Positions 12,301 through 57,700 of a stretch of 64,000 nt of DNA are shown piece after piece. A program made the position numbers and the translations under genes. The stretch is taken from assembly GCF_963853765.1 (NCBI RefSeq), contig NC_088855.1, forward strand, positions 48,422,001 through 48,486,000, read 5' to 3'. Below the pieces are notes generated by a model. The model made no database searches. It saw nothing but the letters and a program-made list of their open reading frames with translations, and was not told where the DNA came from. Origin of the DNA: Magallana gigas (Eukaryota). The stretch's first letter is position 1; every line of letters starts with the position of its first letter.

Positions 12301-14943
12301 TTCCAGTTTCTTCCGAGACATTTTGATATAATGAAAGCGTCGAGAAATGGAAAAAAATGAGTCCACTCTGATCACCTCATATCGCCAAGTTTATTAGAAA
12401 ACAAAAACTACGTATGCTTTCATTTTTGAAGAATGGTCTTAATTTCTGGCTTTAATGTTCTCCGTTACCTGCATGTTATTGCAATTTCTTTTAACTCCCA
12501 TTTTAAACTATTTATTTTGAAATCTTTTTTTGAATGTTTTAACCTTTGCGATTGTTTAAATTTTCATCCCATTATTAAGTCATTGACTACCAACCGATGA
12601 CTTCTTAAACGGCTGATAACCATTTACGTAGTGTGAGCTGGTAGATCAGAGATGTAGATTGCATGGCGGTTCTGCGTTAATTGGCAGCATTAATTATCAT
12701 AATTCGAGCTGCTTGGTCTTATGGTTATGTTTTACATTTTTACCCTTTATGTAACCGGGTTTTATGACTTTATAAATTTTATGGCGCGGAGCAAACTTTG
12801 ATCATGCATTGAAAAAATTAATAAAAATGTCAGGTGTGAAGTGGAGGGCGTTCGGCCGTGCAACTTGGTATTATGCGATTGCTATCTGCTAAATTAGCTT
12901 GCTTCTGATTTCATTTTGACTTTTTACAGCTTTTCACTTTGTTGAAATTAGATAAACTTGAATTGTAATTTGTTTATTCTTGTACAAAATCAAGCTCTTA
13001 TGAATAATAACTTTCTTGGGATTCATAGCAAATAAGTAATAAAAAGGGCCCTCTGGAAAAAGTGGTGATGATAAGGATATTATTTACTATTGCTGACGGA
13101 AAATCTTTTGATCCTGAGTTTAGGCGATAGATCTTTTTATTATAAGGAAGATCCGTCCATAGATCAATTCGCAATTGGATGACTTGCCTAGAGCAAATCA
13201 AAATAGTCAAAGTCAACTTATTTAACCTCCATTACCAGAAGAGTTCTGAGGAACACCCGCATGTTCACCCGGGGGCCACAAAACACAAACGTGTTCAGTT
13301 GATTAGCTCGACACACGAGATTTCGACCACCCTGCGCCGCACGCGACCGCGACAGAGAGAGCCACGTTGGCTGTAACGTTAGGGCTACATGTTGTCTTTG
13401 CTTTGTGTTTGGCATAAAATACGAGCTCTTTTCATGCATTCGTTGTGAATATATTGTCTCCAAGCACCATCAATTGTAGAAAAAGTTTTCCTAATTGGGT
13501 TCTATTTGCATTTCTTAATCAGAATCGCCGAATAACCCCCCTCTCTTTAATACGTTAGTGATACACCAAATATAGAGCCGTTTTAACGCACTCGCTTTTA
13601 CTCAAAAGAACCAATTACAGAAACTGAACTCATTTGCTGCTAGCGTTCTAAAGGTTGACCAAAAACGTAAAATATCGTTGCAATAATTCCCATACCTCCA
13701 TAAATTACTTTTTTTTTTAAATATGTATCAGTTTGTCTACTAAATGCACTGTTTTGCAGTTTACACAATAGAGTGTGCCGCAACAATTCCTAAATTGGGG
13801 TTTATTTTAATTTTGATTGTTTTTCAGACAAGGCGGGAGGGTTCTCGTGCCAGTCCCCCTGAGACCAGTGGCAGTGAATGACCGGCGTTCGCTGTTGCCT
13901 TGGAGACATCGAATGTATATTCTGTAAATAAGAGAGATGTCCTGTCCAGGGACGCATTTATTTTTTATGGACCGTTCAAGTTCATCCGAATGACCAGAGA
14001 TATATCTGTGGGTTGAGAAAATGTACCACACTGGACAGAGAATAGCTGCATTTGGGCATTTATGAAGGCCCTGAAATTCTTGCATTCCAGTTCACAGACA
14101 GAGATTCTACGGACAAAATGAACGACTACATTTATCATTCTGCTTTTATATGCGGCATCGTTACATTTTTTAAAGAATGAATCTTTTAATTCAACGTTTT
14201 ATTAGACAAGTTTTTTTTATTATACCCGGTTACGTTTTCGAGGCCTTAATGAAATATACATGCATCCAATGCTTTATGTCATAAATGATGCAGGACTTAA
14301 CTGAGTCATGTAAGCAAATGAAAAATGAAATCCTTAACGTATGTCCTTGAATAATAATTTTACCCTGTGAACATTTTCATCACTTCGATTGTTTTTATGA
14401 AGTGGTGTTTTTATGCCTGTGTCTGGTGTGTGACAAAAGAATTTTGTACAAAATGCCCGATGAAATCGGAGAAAAACGTCATAATAACGACATTACAATG
14501 GCAAACTTACCGGTGTTAGGAGATGTCTACTAGTACTTCACGGTAGATGTACAGAAAATTGGATTATTTTTGTCTGTATAATACTGTACAAATGTATTTA
14601 ATATCTTCAATGTTTTCGTAGCATTGATTTGTTTGTATGTTTCTATATATTGTAGGTTTTCAAGGTTTGACAGCACTGTAAATATTTCTCATTGACAGTA
14701 TTTTTGTTCACGCCTCTAGCTAAGGCTAATGCTCTTCTGCTTTGTGGTAAGGCTGTAATTTCATACGTTCTTTTCTTGTTATATATCGAAATTTCCCATG
14801 AAATAGTATGTCAAAATGACGCAGAAAACTCCCACGATCTGTCGAAGAAGTATCAAGAGGCAATGCAACATTTTCGTTTTCTTCGAGTACTCTAACATTT
14901 ATAATATCAACATGCATGTTCAATGTTCGACTGTTGATGTCAG

Positions 14944-15119
14944 TGGGTTCCGGACCCCCCCCCCCTCCTCCCCTCTGGAAAATTCAAATTTCTTAAATTC
15001 TCAACGTAAATTTACCGCAAAAAGGCCTTGGATTCCCTCCTTGCCAAACAAACTAAATAATCTTTGGACCCCCCCCCCCCACCACCACCAACCCGGACAA
15101 AATTCTGGATCCGCGCATG
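14944..15119. mobile_element. Fragment of a non-autonomous DNA-transposon-like interspersed repeat
   Basis: ccggaccccccc..tggaaaattcaaat..ggacccccc..aaaattctggatccgcgcatg, a layout I recall as a common oyster dispersed repeat. The left terminus appears to be lost. Confidence 0.55.
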
Positions 15120-18100
15120 AGCTGTCTTTAGATCTGCGCATGCAACTTATCAGTGTACATAATGCTGCATTTGGAGGTGGCATGTACAATAAAAGGAGCT
15201 TATTGAGCATAAGAACTAAATACTAATAAAATGTATTAGGCGGTATAGCATGCAGTCTTAATTATTTAAATTCATCAACATATTGTAAGATCATTGCGTC
15301 ATAGTTGTTTATTTGAAAAACAAGAAATGATATCAGTCCCGTGTTTTCGTCTTTTAATTCATCCGCATATATAGTGTTGTTCTTGTTGGTTATTTTCTTT
15401 TCCTTTTTGCTCAGTATTACTGAATTAATTTGGTATTGATAGAAATCGCTTATTATTTTTCTGCACAAGAAATTTCGCGTAAGTGTCTATTTTTCTTGAA
15501 TTGTTAGACTATTTCATCAGACCCATGTGTTTTCAGCTTCATAATCTAGTCAGTCACAAATCTTTTGTTTTTATATAACTACAATACGTTATCATATTTT
15601 TATTCTATGGTCGATGATCTCCTTTGTTTCTTTTAAGTATGTTCTACAATAAAATATTATTTTCTTCAAAATGTTCATTCTTGTATTTTCACTGGTAACG
15701 TTTGGTGAATGAATGACGAATATGTTTATTAATTTAAAGTAAATGGGAACAAAAACAACTTTGAAGTTTTCTTTAACATTTAAAAAAATTGTTGGTTTCT
15801 AAAAATAAAAAAAAGTCTTTAAAAGCAGTTTTTGACTTGCATATTTTTATCACACATTGAATTTAATCTTCAATTTATAAACAAAAAAAGGTTGGAAAAA
15901 GCCCTTGACTATCGTAATCATATAAGAAGGATTATATAAGAGGAAATATAAGAGGATCATATAAGAGGAAAACTCTCGATCCTGACATGAAAACCCACAA
16001 TTAAAACGAATTTGAATCGAATTGTTATTCAAATTGACTTGTTATTGGTAAAACTAATGAAAAAATTGAATATATGTGTAAATTTAAAACCTATATTCCT
16101 TTAAAAAAGCGTATGTTAAGAGGGTTTGTTATGTTCAATCTCAACGACTAGAAATTTGGGATAAAATATGTTTAAGGGTGTGTAATAAGAGTACATGTAT
16201 TTTGCATTTAGCGGGGTACGGTCGTCACGTGACAGTCCTTTCTTGTGGTCTTCTGCCGGGTGTCTGGCAATCAAATTTGATGATTTTTGGCTTTTCATGT
16301 CCAGATTATACGTGAATGACAAGTCTTCATTTCGATCGGCTTTGACAAGAATTGGTTGAAGTACTGGATATTAACGTCGTTTGTTTTCAGTTGGATCTTG
16401 CGTCACTTCTCTTTGAGAGTATTTGGGGATTATCCTATTTTATGTCTCCAAGTGAAAGGGAGAATTTCCATCAGAATAGCGAGCGTTATAAATATTATTG
16501 CGAGATGATGTTCCCAACATCATCGGCCCAAGGTTCTGGCTTCAATTTCTGTGGAGCCATTGACAGTATTCGGGTGCCGTTATGAGTTTCTGGTTAATCA
16601 CAAAACTTGTAAAAACAGAGAGGAGTGAAAAGAGGCACTGCTGGATGTAAAAGATTGAATTAATTTAATAATTTGATCGTCCTTTGTGATGGTCCGTGTA
16701 CGTATCGGGGCGGTGGTCCATCATCCCACGTGGTCTATGACAGTCACGATAGTATTGTCGCGATTCTCAAAGTGCCGGGAAAATCAACGGTTTCTCATTG
16801 AACGTGGGCTTGTTCAACCACTGAAAAAATGTCTTACGGCATAATATCTAGCACTTCTTCATTTCTTTCCTAATATGCATTGTAACATTTGTAATTAATC
16901 GCCATGGGAAACATTTTACAGCAAAAAATTTAAGATAAAAGTAAAATTGCTAGATTTAGTACAGTGGTTATTGGGATTTTAACTGCACTGAAGCGGGGTC
17001 TCAATGCCTCGAAAAAGAAAGAAAACACCGCGCATCCAGTACTTACGTGGTTTTAGGTAATACCTAATTAAAAAAATACATCGCCAATGTCATTGATAAA
17101 ATAACAATTAATATTTAAAACAGTTGTATGTCCAACAGGAGAGCTCCCGTGGGGAAGCTAAGATTTGTGTGGGTGTCGGGCGCCCATGTCACACTGTTAC
17201 CTGCCCGTGCGGTCAGAGTTTCGCGCCTTCAAAGTTCTGTAATTTGATTTCGTGGTTTTATGAACTTTCATTCGTAAGCGTTGTAAATATGTAACCCCGG
17301 ATCAAGAGCGCAAAAAATAAACCACAACTAATAGTTCACACCTCTAACTTAGACAACAGTCTCCATCCTGTGACTAACAATAATGAAATCGAGATCCATG
17401 TTGACAAAGAAAGGCCATGCAAAACGTACGAAGGACTACTTGATGCATAAGATCCAATAACATTTTTTTTTGGGGGGGGGGGGGGAGGGGGGGGTTGCAG
17501 CGATATTTTTAAAACAACATGCATGTTCTTGCATCATCATGCATTTGTTTTGTATCTGTTAATTATATGTTTGTGTGACACTGATATGTTCGCTGTACCC
17601 TAACTTTCATCGCTCTCATTTATATTTGTTGTCCACATTCCGCTGTGTTTCCAATCACCTTCATCACCAATGCAAACAAAAACTATAGTAGAACCCGAAT
17701 CTATTTCACTGTATGTGCAACTTTCGTAGTGTATGAGTTATACTGTCTCCGCTCTCCTCTTAAATGGTTTTACCTACATCATTGCACTTTACACGTAAAC
17801 GTGCATATGGAGGAGTTAAGATCACTATCTCTGTCAGAATTAAATCAGACTGTCTTATTGCAGTTGTACAAATGCATTTCATTCGGGCAAATTTTATAAA
17901 TTTTGTTTTAAGCGGAATCGTTTTCCTTTGGTTGACTTTTAATGTTAAAATTTGTTCGAATCATTTTGAAAAGAACACTTAGCACGCAGCTATATATAAT
18001 GCATATATAGTTTTTTATATTCTCGGTACTTATTTTCTTTTACAACCACGAATAAAAAATTGCAAGAATAGCAAAAACAATCATCTTTACGAGTGCTTTG

Positions 18101-18379
18101 TTGTTTCTGACCTACTTAATTTAAATGAAAATGGCTGGCATACGACTGAAAGAAACAAAAAAGAAACAAAGAACGGGAAATGGTGGATGGATGCGCAGAG
18201 AATTATCTACAATGAAACTGTTAGGTAGACAACAATATCCAGTGATATTCTTTGTTGTTGGGCAATCAGTTACTCTAAGGTTCGTGTCATTTTGTGGTTT
18301 TTTAGTTTGCTGAGGTGGTGTAAAACCAAAATTCAGAGGACAGCATGACATTTTTAGAACATCTGCTTGAGTGGACACG

Positions 18380-18660
18380 AATTAGAATTCGTTCCTACGA
18401 ACAAAAAAAACCCTCCCCACGAAATAACATTTGGTGTCACGAAATAACATTCGTTCCAACAAACAAAAATTCGTTCCGACGAAATAAAATTCTTTTCTAC
18501 GAAAAAAAAAATCCTCCCCACGAAATAACATTCGGTCTCACGAAATAAGATTCGTTCCACCGAGCGAAAATTCGTTCCAACAAAATAAAAAAAGACATCG
18601 TTTTCAAGAAATCACAATTCTTCCTAAGAAATAAAAAAAAAAATGAAATGAAATTCGTAG
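18380..18660. repeat. Degenerate short-period repeat (ttcgttcc..acgaaataa), host of a MITE insertion
   Basis: Repeated acgaaataa / ttcgttcc motifs at roughly 20-nt spacing. Related motifs resume at about 19285-19340, after the inserted element. Confidence 0.7.
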
Positions 18661-18667
18661 TCACAAA

Positions 18668-19246
18668 GGACTATATATGATAAGGGCTTAAATTGGCCCC
18701 CTAAAATGAACATCATTATTTTACTATCATTCTTTGTTTTCTTAGTACAGATATGTATGTGATGTGTTTACATAATATTCATTTTGGTTCAAGTGCCCAC
18801 AATTTAGAAATATGACATTGTAAATACAACCTTTTCCCGCCATTTTTGCATTTTTAGCGTAAAACAGCTTGTTTTCAAGCAGTTTTTCCGAAAACATAGA
18901 GCGCATTCTTGAACAAATAAAATATTTTAATCAGAGATGTATCTAGCCAAGACTAATACTAGTAAGTGACAAATTTTTTTTCCTTGTTCAAGCATGCGCT
19001 CTATATTTCCCATTCGTAAATAGATAAGAAAAATGTCAAATTTTGGCTGATTTTGATTGAATTATAGAAATGGCGTCACTTCTGACGTCATATACTGCCA
19101 GTGAGTGCAAATAAATCAAATAAATAGATGAAAAATATATGTTATATCAACTCTTCTAAAAAATTAGTAAACATTTCATTCTACCCGAAACACTTAAAAA
19201 ATAGCGAATTAAGGGGGCCAAATTTAACTCTTATCATATATAGTTC
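18668..19246. mobile_element. Spy-like non-autonomous DNA transposon (MITE), copy 1
   Basis: Imperfect TIRs ggactatatatgataagggcttaaattggccccct / agggggccaaatttaactcttatcatatatagttc. Flanked by AAA (18665-67) and TTT (19247-49) with no TSD. Same family as 51361-51938. Confidence 0.75.
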
Positions 19247-20309
19247 TTTGATACAATTACAGAAGTTTTGGCGAATATTATATTATTTCGTGGGTTCGAA
19301 CTTCAATTTGCTGCAACGAATTTATTTTTGGCAACGAACATAAAAAATGATCTCTAGCATACACTTTTTATCAGCTACTGTAAAGAATTTATAAATAAAA
19401 ATGAAACATTTTTTTATTGACTTTTTAAAACTTGTTTGCATATTTCATGTACATTGCCTGTATATTATTACAAATATTATAAAAGATATTTTTATTTTAC
19501 TCTTAAATTTTAATCGAGAATAAATTATCAATTCATCCTTCGCTTGAAACAAATATTCGTTTGAAGTTAATTATTTTTTCCTGCTCAAATGAAAATAAGT
19601 TATACTCTAAATAAATGCACCGCGTACTTGTAGTATTTGCGTACATTTTTTTTTCAAATGTTAGCAGCGGTACATTATTTGATGGAAGTAATTGTACAGG
19701 TCTGTCTAATTTCAAGTACCTAATTAATATTTACTGATACGGCTTAATCTAAACGCAGATATGTCAATGTGCTTTTAGCATGGTAGTTAAAGTAACACAA
19801 AGAAAGTTAACTTTGCCGCACGTTGAAGAATGTATTATATAATGCTGACTCAACACAAACCCTCTGAAAGCTTTTTGTTTGGAAACTCAGCTAAAGTCAA
19901 TCTCTTTGACCGCTGCAAATCCAACAGAGAACAGGAATTTAAAGTAGATAGAGATAATGGGCTGGCAAAATTAACGATACGTAACCGAATATACATCACC
20001 TATATTAACAGTGCCTAATCTCGGCCACACGTAGTAGTTTGTGGAATATGTGTGTGTTATTTAAATAGAAAAACCACAAAAATGACGGAAATTCAATGAT
20101 GAGTCATTTTTATTATCTCTGATTCGTGGAGTCGTATCATTGATTCCGAGGTCTTTGACAAAAGTAGTCCACACTTAGATGCAGGGGGGGGGGGGGGTCT
20201 AGTCCACTTTGCGTACTTATATAAGAAAATCAGAACAAAGAAATCCCCCCCCCCCCCAAATTTATTTTTTTTTACCAAATTTTCATGCACATGACGTTGC
20301 AGAATTTAA

Positions 20310-20790
20310 AGGAATTTAGACACAATTTGAGCTCAAATCTTTTTTTTTATGTTTAGCTCAATGGTTTGATATGAATATTTTTAATGCATCGTCAAAATTT
20401 AGAAATCAAACATGAAGTTACAAGCAAGACACAGAGTTTAAAATTCTTTGTTTTTGTAAACTTGCTTACGTATTTGTTTCAATAAAATGTTGCTTCTTCT
20501 GTTGACAATATTGTTTAATTATTGAATTAATTATTGAACACATTGAATCAGTTTATCTTGTTTGGCACGAGTCATTTTGTCAAAGAAATGGTAATTTCTT
20601 ACTTTACATTATTTGTAAACAAATATAAGACTCGAGCTTTGTTTACGTAACAATGAATTCTTACCTCTGTATCTCTCTTATAACATTAAAGTTTTGGTCA
20701 TTCATTCGAATTGCAAAAGTAAACTACTATATACATATAAAATTAAAAAATAAAAATAAATTTTGATCTCAAATTGTGTCTAGGTCCCCT
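20310..20790. mobile_element. TTAA-targeting (Kolobok-like) MITE, copy 1
   Basis: ttaa|aggaatttagacacaatttgag ... ctcaaattgtgtctaggtcccct. Internal sequence (tataagactcgagctttgtttac..ttacctctgtatctc) is shared with 60883-61396. Confidence 0.8.
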
Positions 20791-21571
20791 TGAGTTCGTT
20801 TTCTTGTGAATGACCAGAGCTAAAGATGTCTAATGTATTTTTCAGCATTGAAACCGTTCAAATCCCTCAACTCAACCGGTAACACTCGTGTTTCGTACAA
20901 GTTAGAATTATAATACCGACCAACTTGAAAGATATTGTTGTGCCCCCCCCCCCCCCCCCCCACACACACACATCCACAGATTATGATTATGATCATGAAA
21001 GTACATGTATTATAACATTTTCATTTCTTTTTTTTTAATTATATTTTTTCGTAGAATCAACTAATATAATTACAGATGACATCTGTATTGCATGTCTGAT
21101 AATTTTTGTTCCTTTGTATGACCAGAGACATAATATACATGTATAAATAACGTCCTTGGTATGACCATTGCACCCAAAAATTAGGAGAATTTAATTACTT
21201 ACATGTACCTGATCAAGGCTTATAGTAACGTCTTTTTAATATCAATCAAGCGTAGAAAACTTTGAAATGAATGAATGAATGAGTATTCCGGAATGCAAAT
21301 TGCCAGCCATAGCTCTGAATGTTAGTCTAATGCATACTAAACAAACCTTTAATACAAAAGAGTAAGACGACAGAACTGCGAATTTAGAATTTGTGTTTAC
21401 GTTTGTTTTCAATTAAGCTTATTCACTTATTTTCAGTGTCATTCTTATAGGCATATTTAGAGGGAAAATGACATAAACTGCAATCTTGTTTGTTCACACA
21501 GCAATTTTAGGTACTTTTATGTAGGTTTAAACAAAACAGCATCCGAACAAATTCGGTCAGTGAAGAAGTGC

Positions 21572-53712
<32,141 letters not shown>

Positions 53713-54777
53713 GTTAAAGAGGGTCAAACTAAGGACTACAATTAAAATTTCAGTACATTTCTGTTGATCAGAGTACTGATGCATGTGAAGATCTCCGGGA
53801 TAAAGGACAACATTCCTATAACCAAATGGAATCTGCGAAGTGAACAGCATTCTCCATTCTTGGAGCAGTTAAAAAAAACATTCTGAAGACTATTTTCTCA
53901 CATTTTACATGAACTTGTGTTGCAAAAGCAACATCCATCATTTCATTGATATGATAAAAAAATTAAAATCATGATTACCATGTTGGTCAATAAAAATATT
54001 AATGATGATTGAATGATTTCATTTGACATATAATATAAAATATTGATGCTTACAAAAAGACTAGTTAAATTATAAAAATTTGAATCTATCATGTCCTGTG
54101 ACTTTTTTTTATGACAGTAAATCACCATTTGGACATCTAATTGCATTGATAAATTCTTTATATCAACACTTATTTCTTTATCCAACTTCGTAGCATAGTG
54201 GTGATGGCATCAAACTGATAACCTGCAGATTCTGAGTTTAAATACAACTGGGAAATGTTTGTATTGCACAGAGGAGTCTTAGATTAGGGTTTAGACTTCA
54301 AAAGCCCACTTCCACGCTTTCTTTTACACTTTTTTGTACACTTCACGTCATGAAGCTTATATAAATTAAAAAATTTAATACATGATATTAGTCTTACTAT
54401 GATGTTTATTGATGATGTAATCAGCTCCTTCCTCAAACTGTCAACAGGGGCTGATTTAAATCAAACCAATTTACAATTTTAGGTAAGAAAAAAACCTGAA
54501 CCTGGTTATCATAAAGGATAGAATCCCTTTATTTAAAACTTGCTAAAAAGATTTGATTTCTTATAGTTCAATTAATAAAATTGGTACAGTCAAAATACCA
54601 GTCTTATAGTATTGATTTTACACAAATAGTTATTGAATTTGACAGACCTTAAGCAAGTTATCCACTTATACACAACAGAAAACACTAACAAAGATTAGCT
54701 GCTGTCTCTAACACAACATATTACAAGCACAAACATCTGCAGAAAAAGCCTGTTATCTGGGAGACTTCCTCAGGGTG

Positions 54778-57700
54778 TCACTTGGTGAAGGATCTGGCAT
54801 GTCTTCCCCGGTCAGAATTGTCCCTAGGGCCACGGAAATCACCCATAAACCTAAAACACATCACATTGATACTGCATCTCAAAACAACAGAAATCAAGGC
54901 TTAACAATTTATCTTGATATTAATGTGTGGTGTTGTTCAATTTTGAGACATTCTAAATAGAATTGTATGATTGGCAAAATAAATACATGTACCATAAAAT
55001 ACCAATGTTATTAACATTGAATTTATTCATTAAGTTAAAGACTTTAATAAATCATCCCCATAAATGATTTTTAAAGGTATGTAACGGGTTTGAAATAAAC
55101 ATACATATCATAATGTATTTTAATGGTTTAAACTGCTCAAGGGTTCTTTCTACATCCTTAAGGTTAAGACAATCAAGCATAACCCATTACGTGCCCCATA
55201 TTTTATGTACCCATAACAGTGGATCTACAGTGTACATGTTGGAGATGAAACCTACCTTCCTGCTTGTTGGTTGTTGTCTCTAGGGTGATACAAATTGCTT
55301 CCATCTTGTCCCCCAAAACGGAAGTCCCGTCCTGTGTTCATCGGTCTCTCTGCTGATACAGGGTGAAGGCTACTACAACGAAAAATTATACTCTACGTAA
55401 GTCAGGCTTCTAGGCTATGAGGCCATAAAACATAGATGTGTTAACTTTTGATCACAGTCTTACTTTAACATAAAAATATCAATAGTGGAAAAGTGAGCCT
55501 AAGATTACTATGAGCTTTAGTAATTCATGGCTCCCATGGTTGATTTGTTTCTGTGTTATAGGTCTATATTCCTACTTACACCCTGCCGAAGCTCTCGAAG
55601 CTTTGGTTGGGCCGGCTGTTGATGTAATCTCCTCCCCTGTTTCCACCGCTAGTGCTGATGGCATTCACTCCCCCTCCACCTACTACAAGTTAACATTAAC
55701 ATGTAGGAAACAGTAGATTGTAAGAATTACCTTCTTAAAAGTTAACAAGCAACAATGGACCATCAATTAGATAAACAGTTGTCATCTATTAGTGCATGAC
55801 TACTACAGTACATGTGGGATTGACACATATATATTAGATTGTAAAAATAACATCAATCATAATCGAATGTATGTTTCTAAGGTTACATGGAATACTGTTT
55901 TTTTCCCATACATCAGACCCTTTTTCATAACTGCAAAGAAAATATATTTAATGCTAAATGATGAGAATGATATCACTTGTATTGTTATAGAAGCCAAAAC
56001 GGTTTGGAGGTTAGTGGTTCAAAATGACATCTAAATGACTTTAGCTTTTTCCTTACTGTAAATATTATTGGATTCGCGTCTGGCATAATTTCCCGGAGGG
56101 GTGAAAAAACTGTTTCTACCCCTGTTTCCACGGTTACTTCCCCTGTCAAAGGAACCACCTCTTCCTCTTCCTGTGTTTCTGGTACCATCCTAAAGAAATA
56201 ACCATATTCTAAATTGAAAGCAGTGGTCTAAAAATGCACCTTTGCAAGTCAAGGGTTTGACATCTAAAGTCTACTCTACTTTAAAGTATAAACTCTTTGC
56301 TTGAAAAGATGATGTAATGATTTGGACAAACTTCAAGCATCCTATCTTTTAAGTACTCAATGTTTTAGGAAGATATTTCAAGACTATCTACTGAAAATTC
56401 AATCCTGAATAGTTAAGGATATCAATATTTTTAGAACTTGTAACCAAATAATGGATCACATCCTATGCAGATTCAAGTAAATGTGTTTTACCCTCTGTAT
56501 GAGAGAATCCACCCTTCTGATTGGTAACACAGCATTGGAGTTGATCTCGTTTTGACCTTTCTCCAGCTTCATGAAGTCATCTACGTGCATGGATGGGGGC
56601 CGGCTTGTGTTGGGAGTCCTAGTCCGGAAGGAGTCCATCCTACCACCCCCTCCCATCATCCCCCGGGCGATCCCTCGACCTCTCATTGGGGCCACTAAGG
56701 GGTACATGAAATACATTACTCCATTAGGACTTGAAAAGTAACCAAAAATAAAAAATTTGAATATTTTAAACCCAAAAATCTAAATCTCACCAAATGGTCT
56801 CTTTGCACCTCTGCCTCTGTAAATACTGATTTCTTGTGATTTTCTTCTGTCCCTACAAAAAAATATATACCTGTTACTTAAGTAAACATATTGAACAAAC
56901 GCACAGGGTATAAAGGTTAATATATTACTTAGTTTGTATATCTCTTTCTTACTCTTTCTTCTTTATTACTTCTTTTTACACATCTTTTTCTTTCCCTATC
57001 TTGTTAATAACTTTACTTTTCTACTCCTCTCCCTCTCTTTATCATGTTTTTTTTTTTTTTACATCTTGCCCTTACCCTATCTTGTTAATAACTCTACTTT
57101 TCTACTCCTCACCCTATCTTTATCATGTTCTGTTTTTTTTACATCTTGCCCTTACCCTATCTTGATGCGTCTGGGTTTGGTGACCTCCACCTGTGACGTG
57201 ATGACCGTCTTTTTGAGCTCTTCCTCCAGGTTGAACTCTGGGCAGTACCTCCTACACATGTCCTGCATGTCGGCCATAGTCAGGTCCGGCTCTATGTCTG
57301 CCACATCTAGCGAGGGATTGGACAGCCAGTACTCGGGGTTCAGTCGGTCGTCCTCCACCTCTGTCACCACGTACACTGCCCGCTTACTGTACAGGTAAGC
57401 CAGTGACTCCTGCACAGGTGGGGGCTCCATCAACACTGCAAGGAAACCAGGGGTCAATGTTTAAATGGTATCACAAAGAGAGCAGAAAGATAGTTTGACC
57501 TTGAACTTGCTCAAATGACCCTTGGTCAAAATCAAGATGCACCCTCACTCAGGTCATAAGCAATCTTTGTTTGAAGTAAAAACTTCCAATGTTTCTCCAT
57601 AAGAAAGATTTGGACCATACACCACTGCACAGACAGACATACAGGCAAGGTGATTCCTATACATCCCGCAAACTTTGTTTGCAGGGGGTATAAAAATCTT

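Noticed and set aside
13179-14085. GC-richer ORFs and a + strand acceptor at 13828
   Set aside because: All frames close quickly after the acceptor and no family is recognised. Covered only as possible lncRNA or regulatory DNA.
16116-17524. Several 60-77-aa ORFs and splice-like sites
   Set aside because: No consistent multi-exon frame could be built on either strand.
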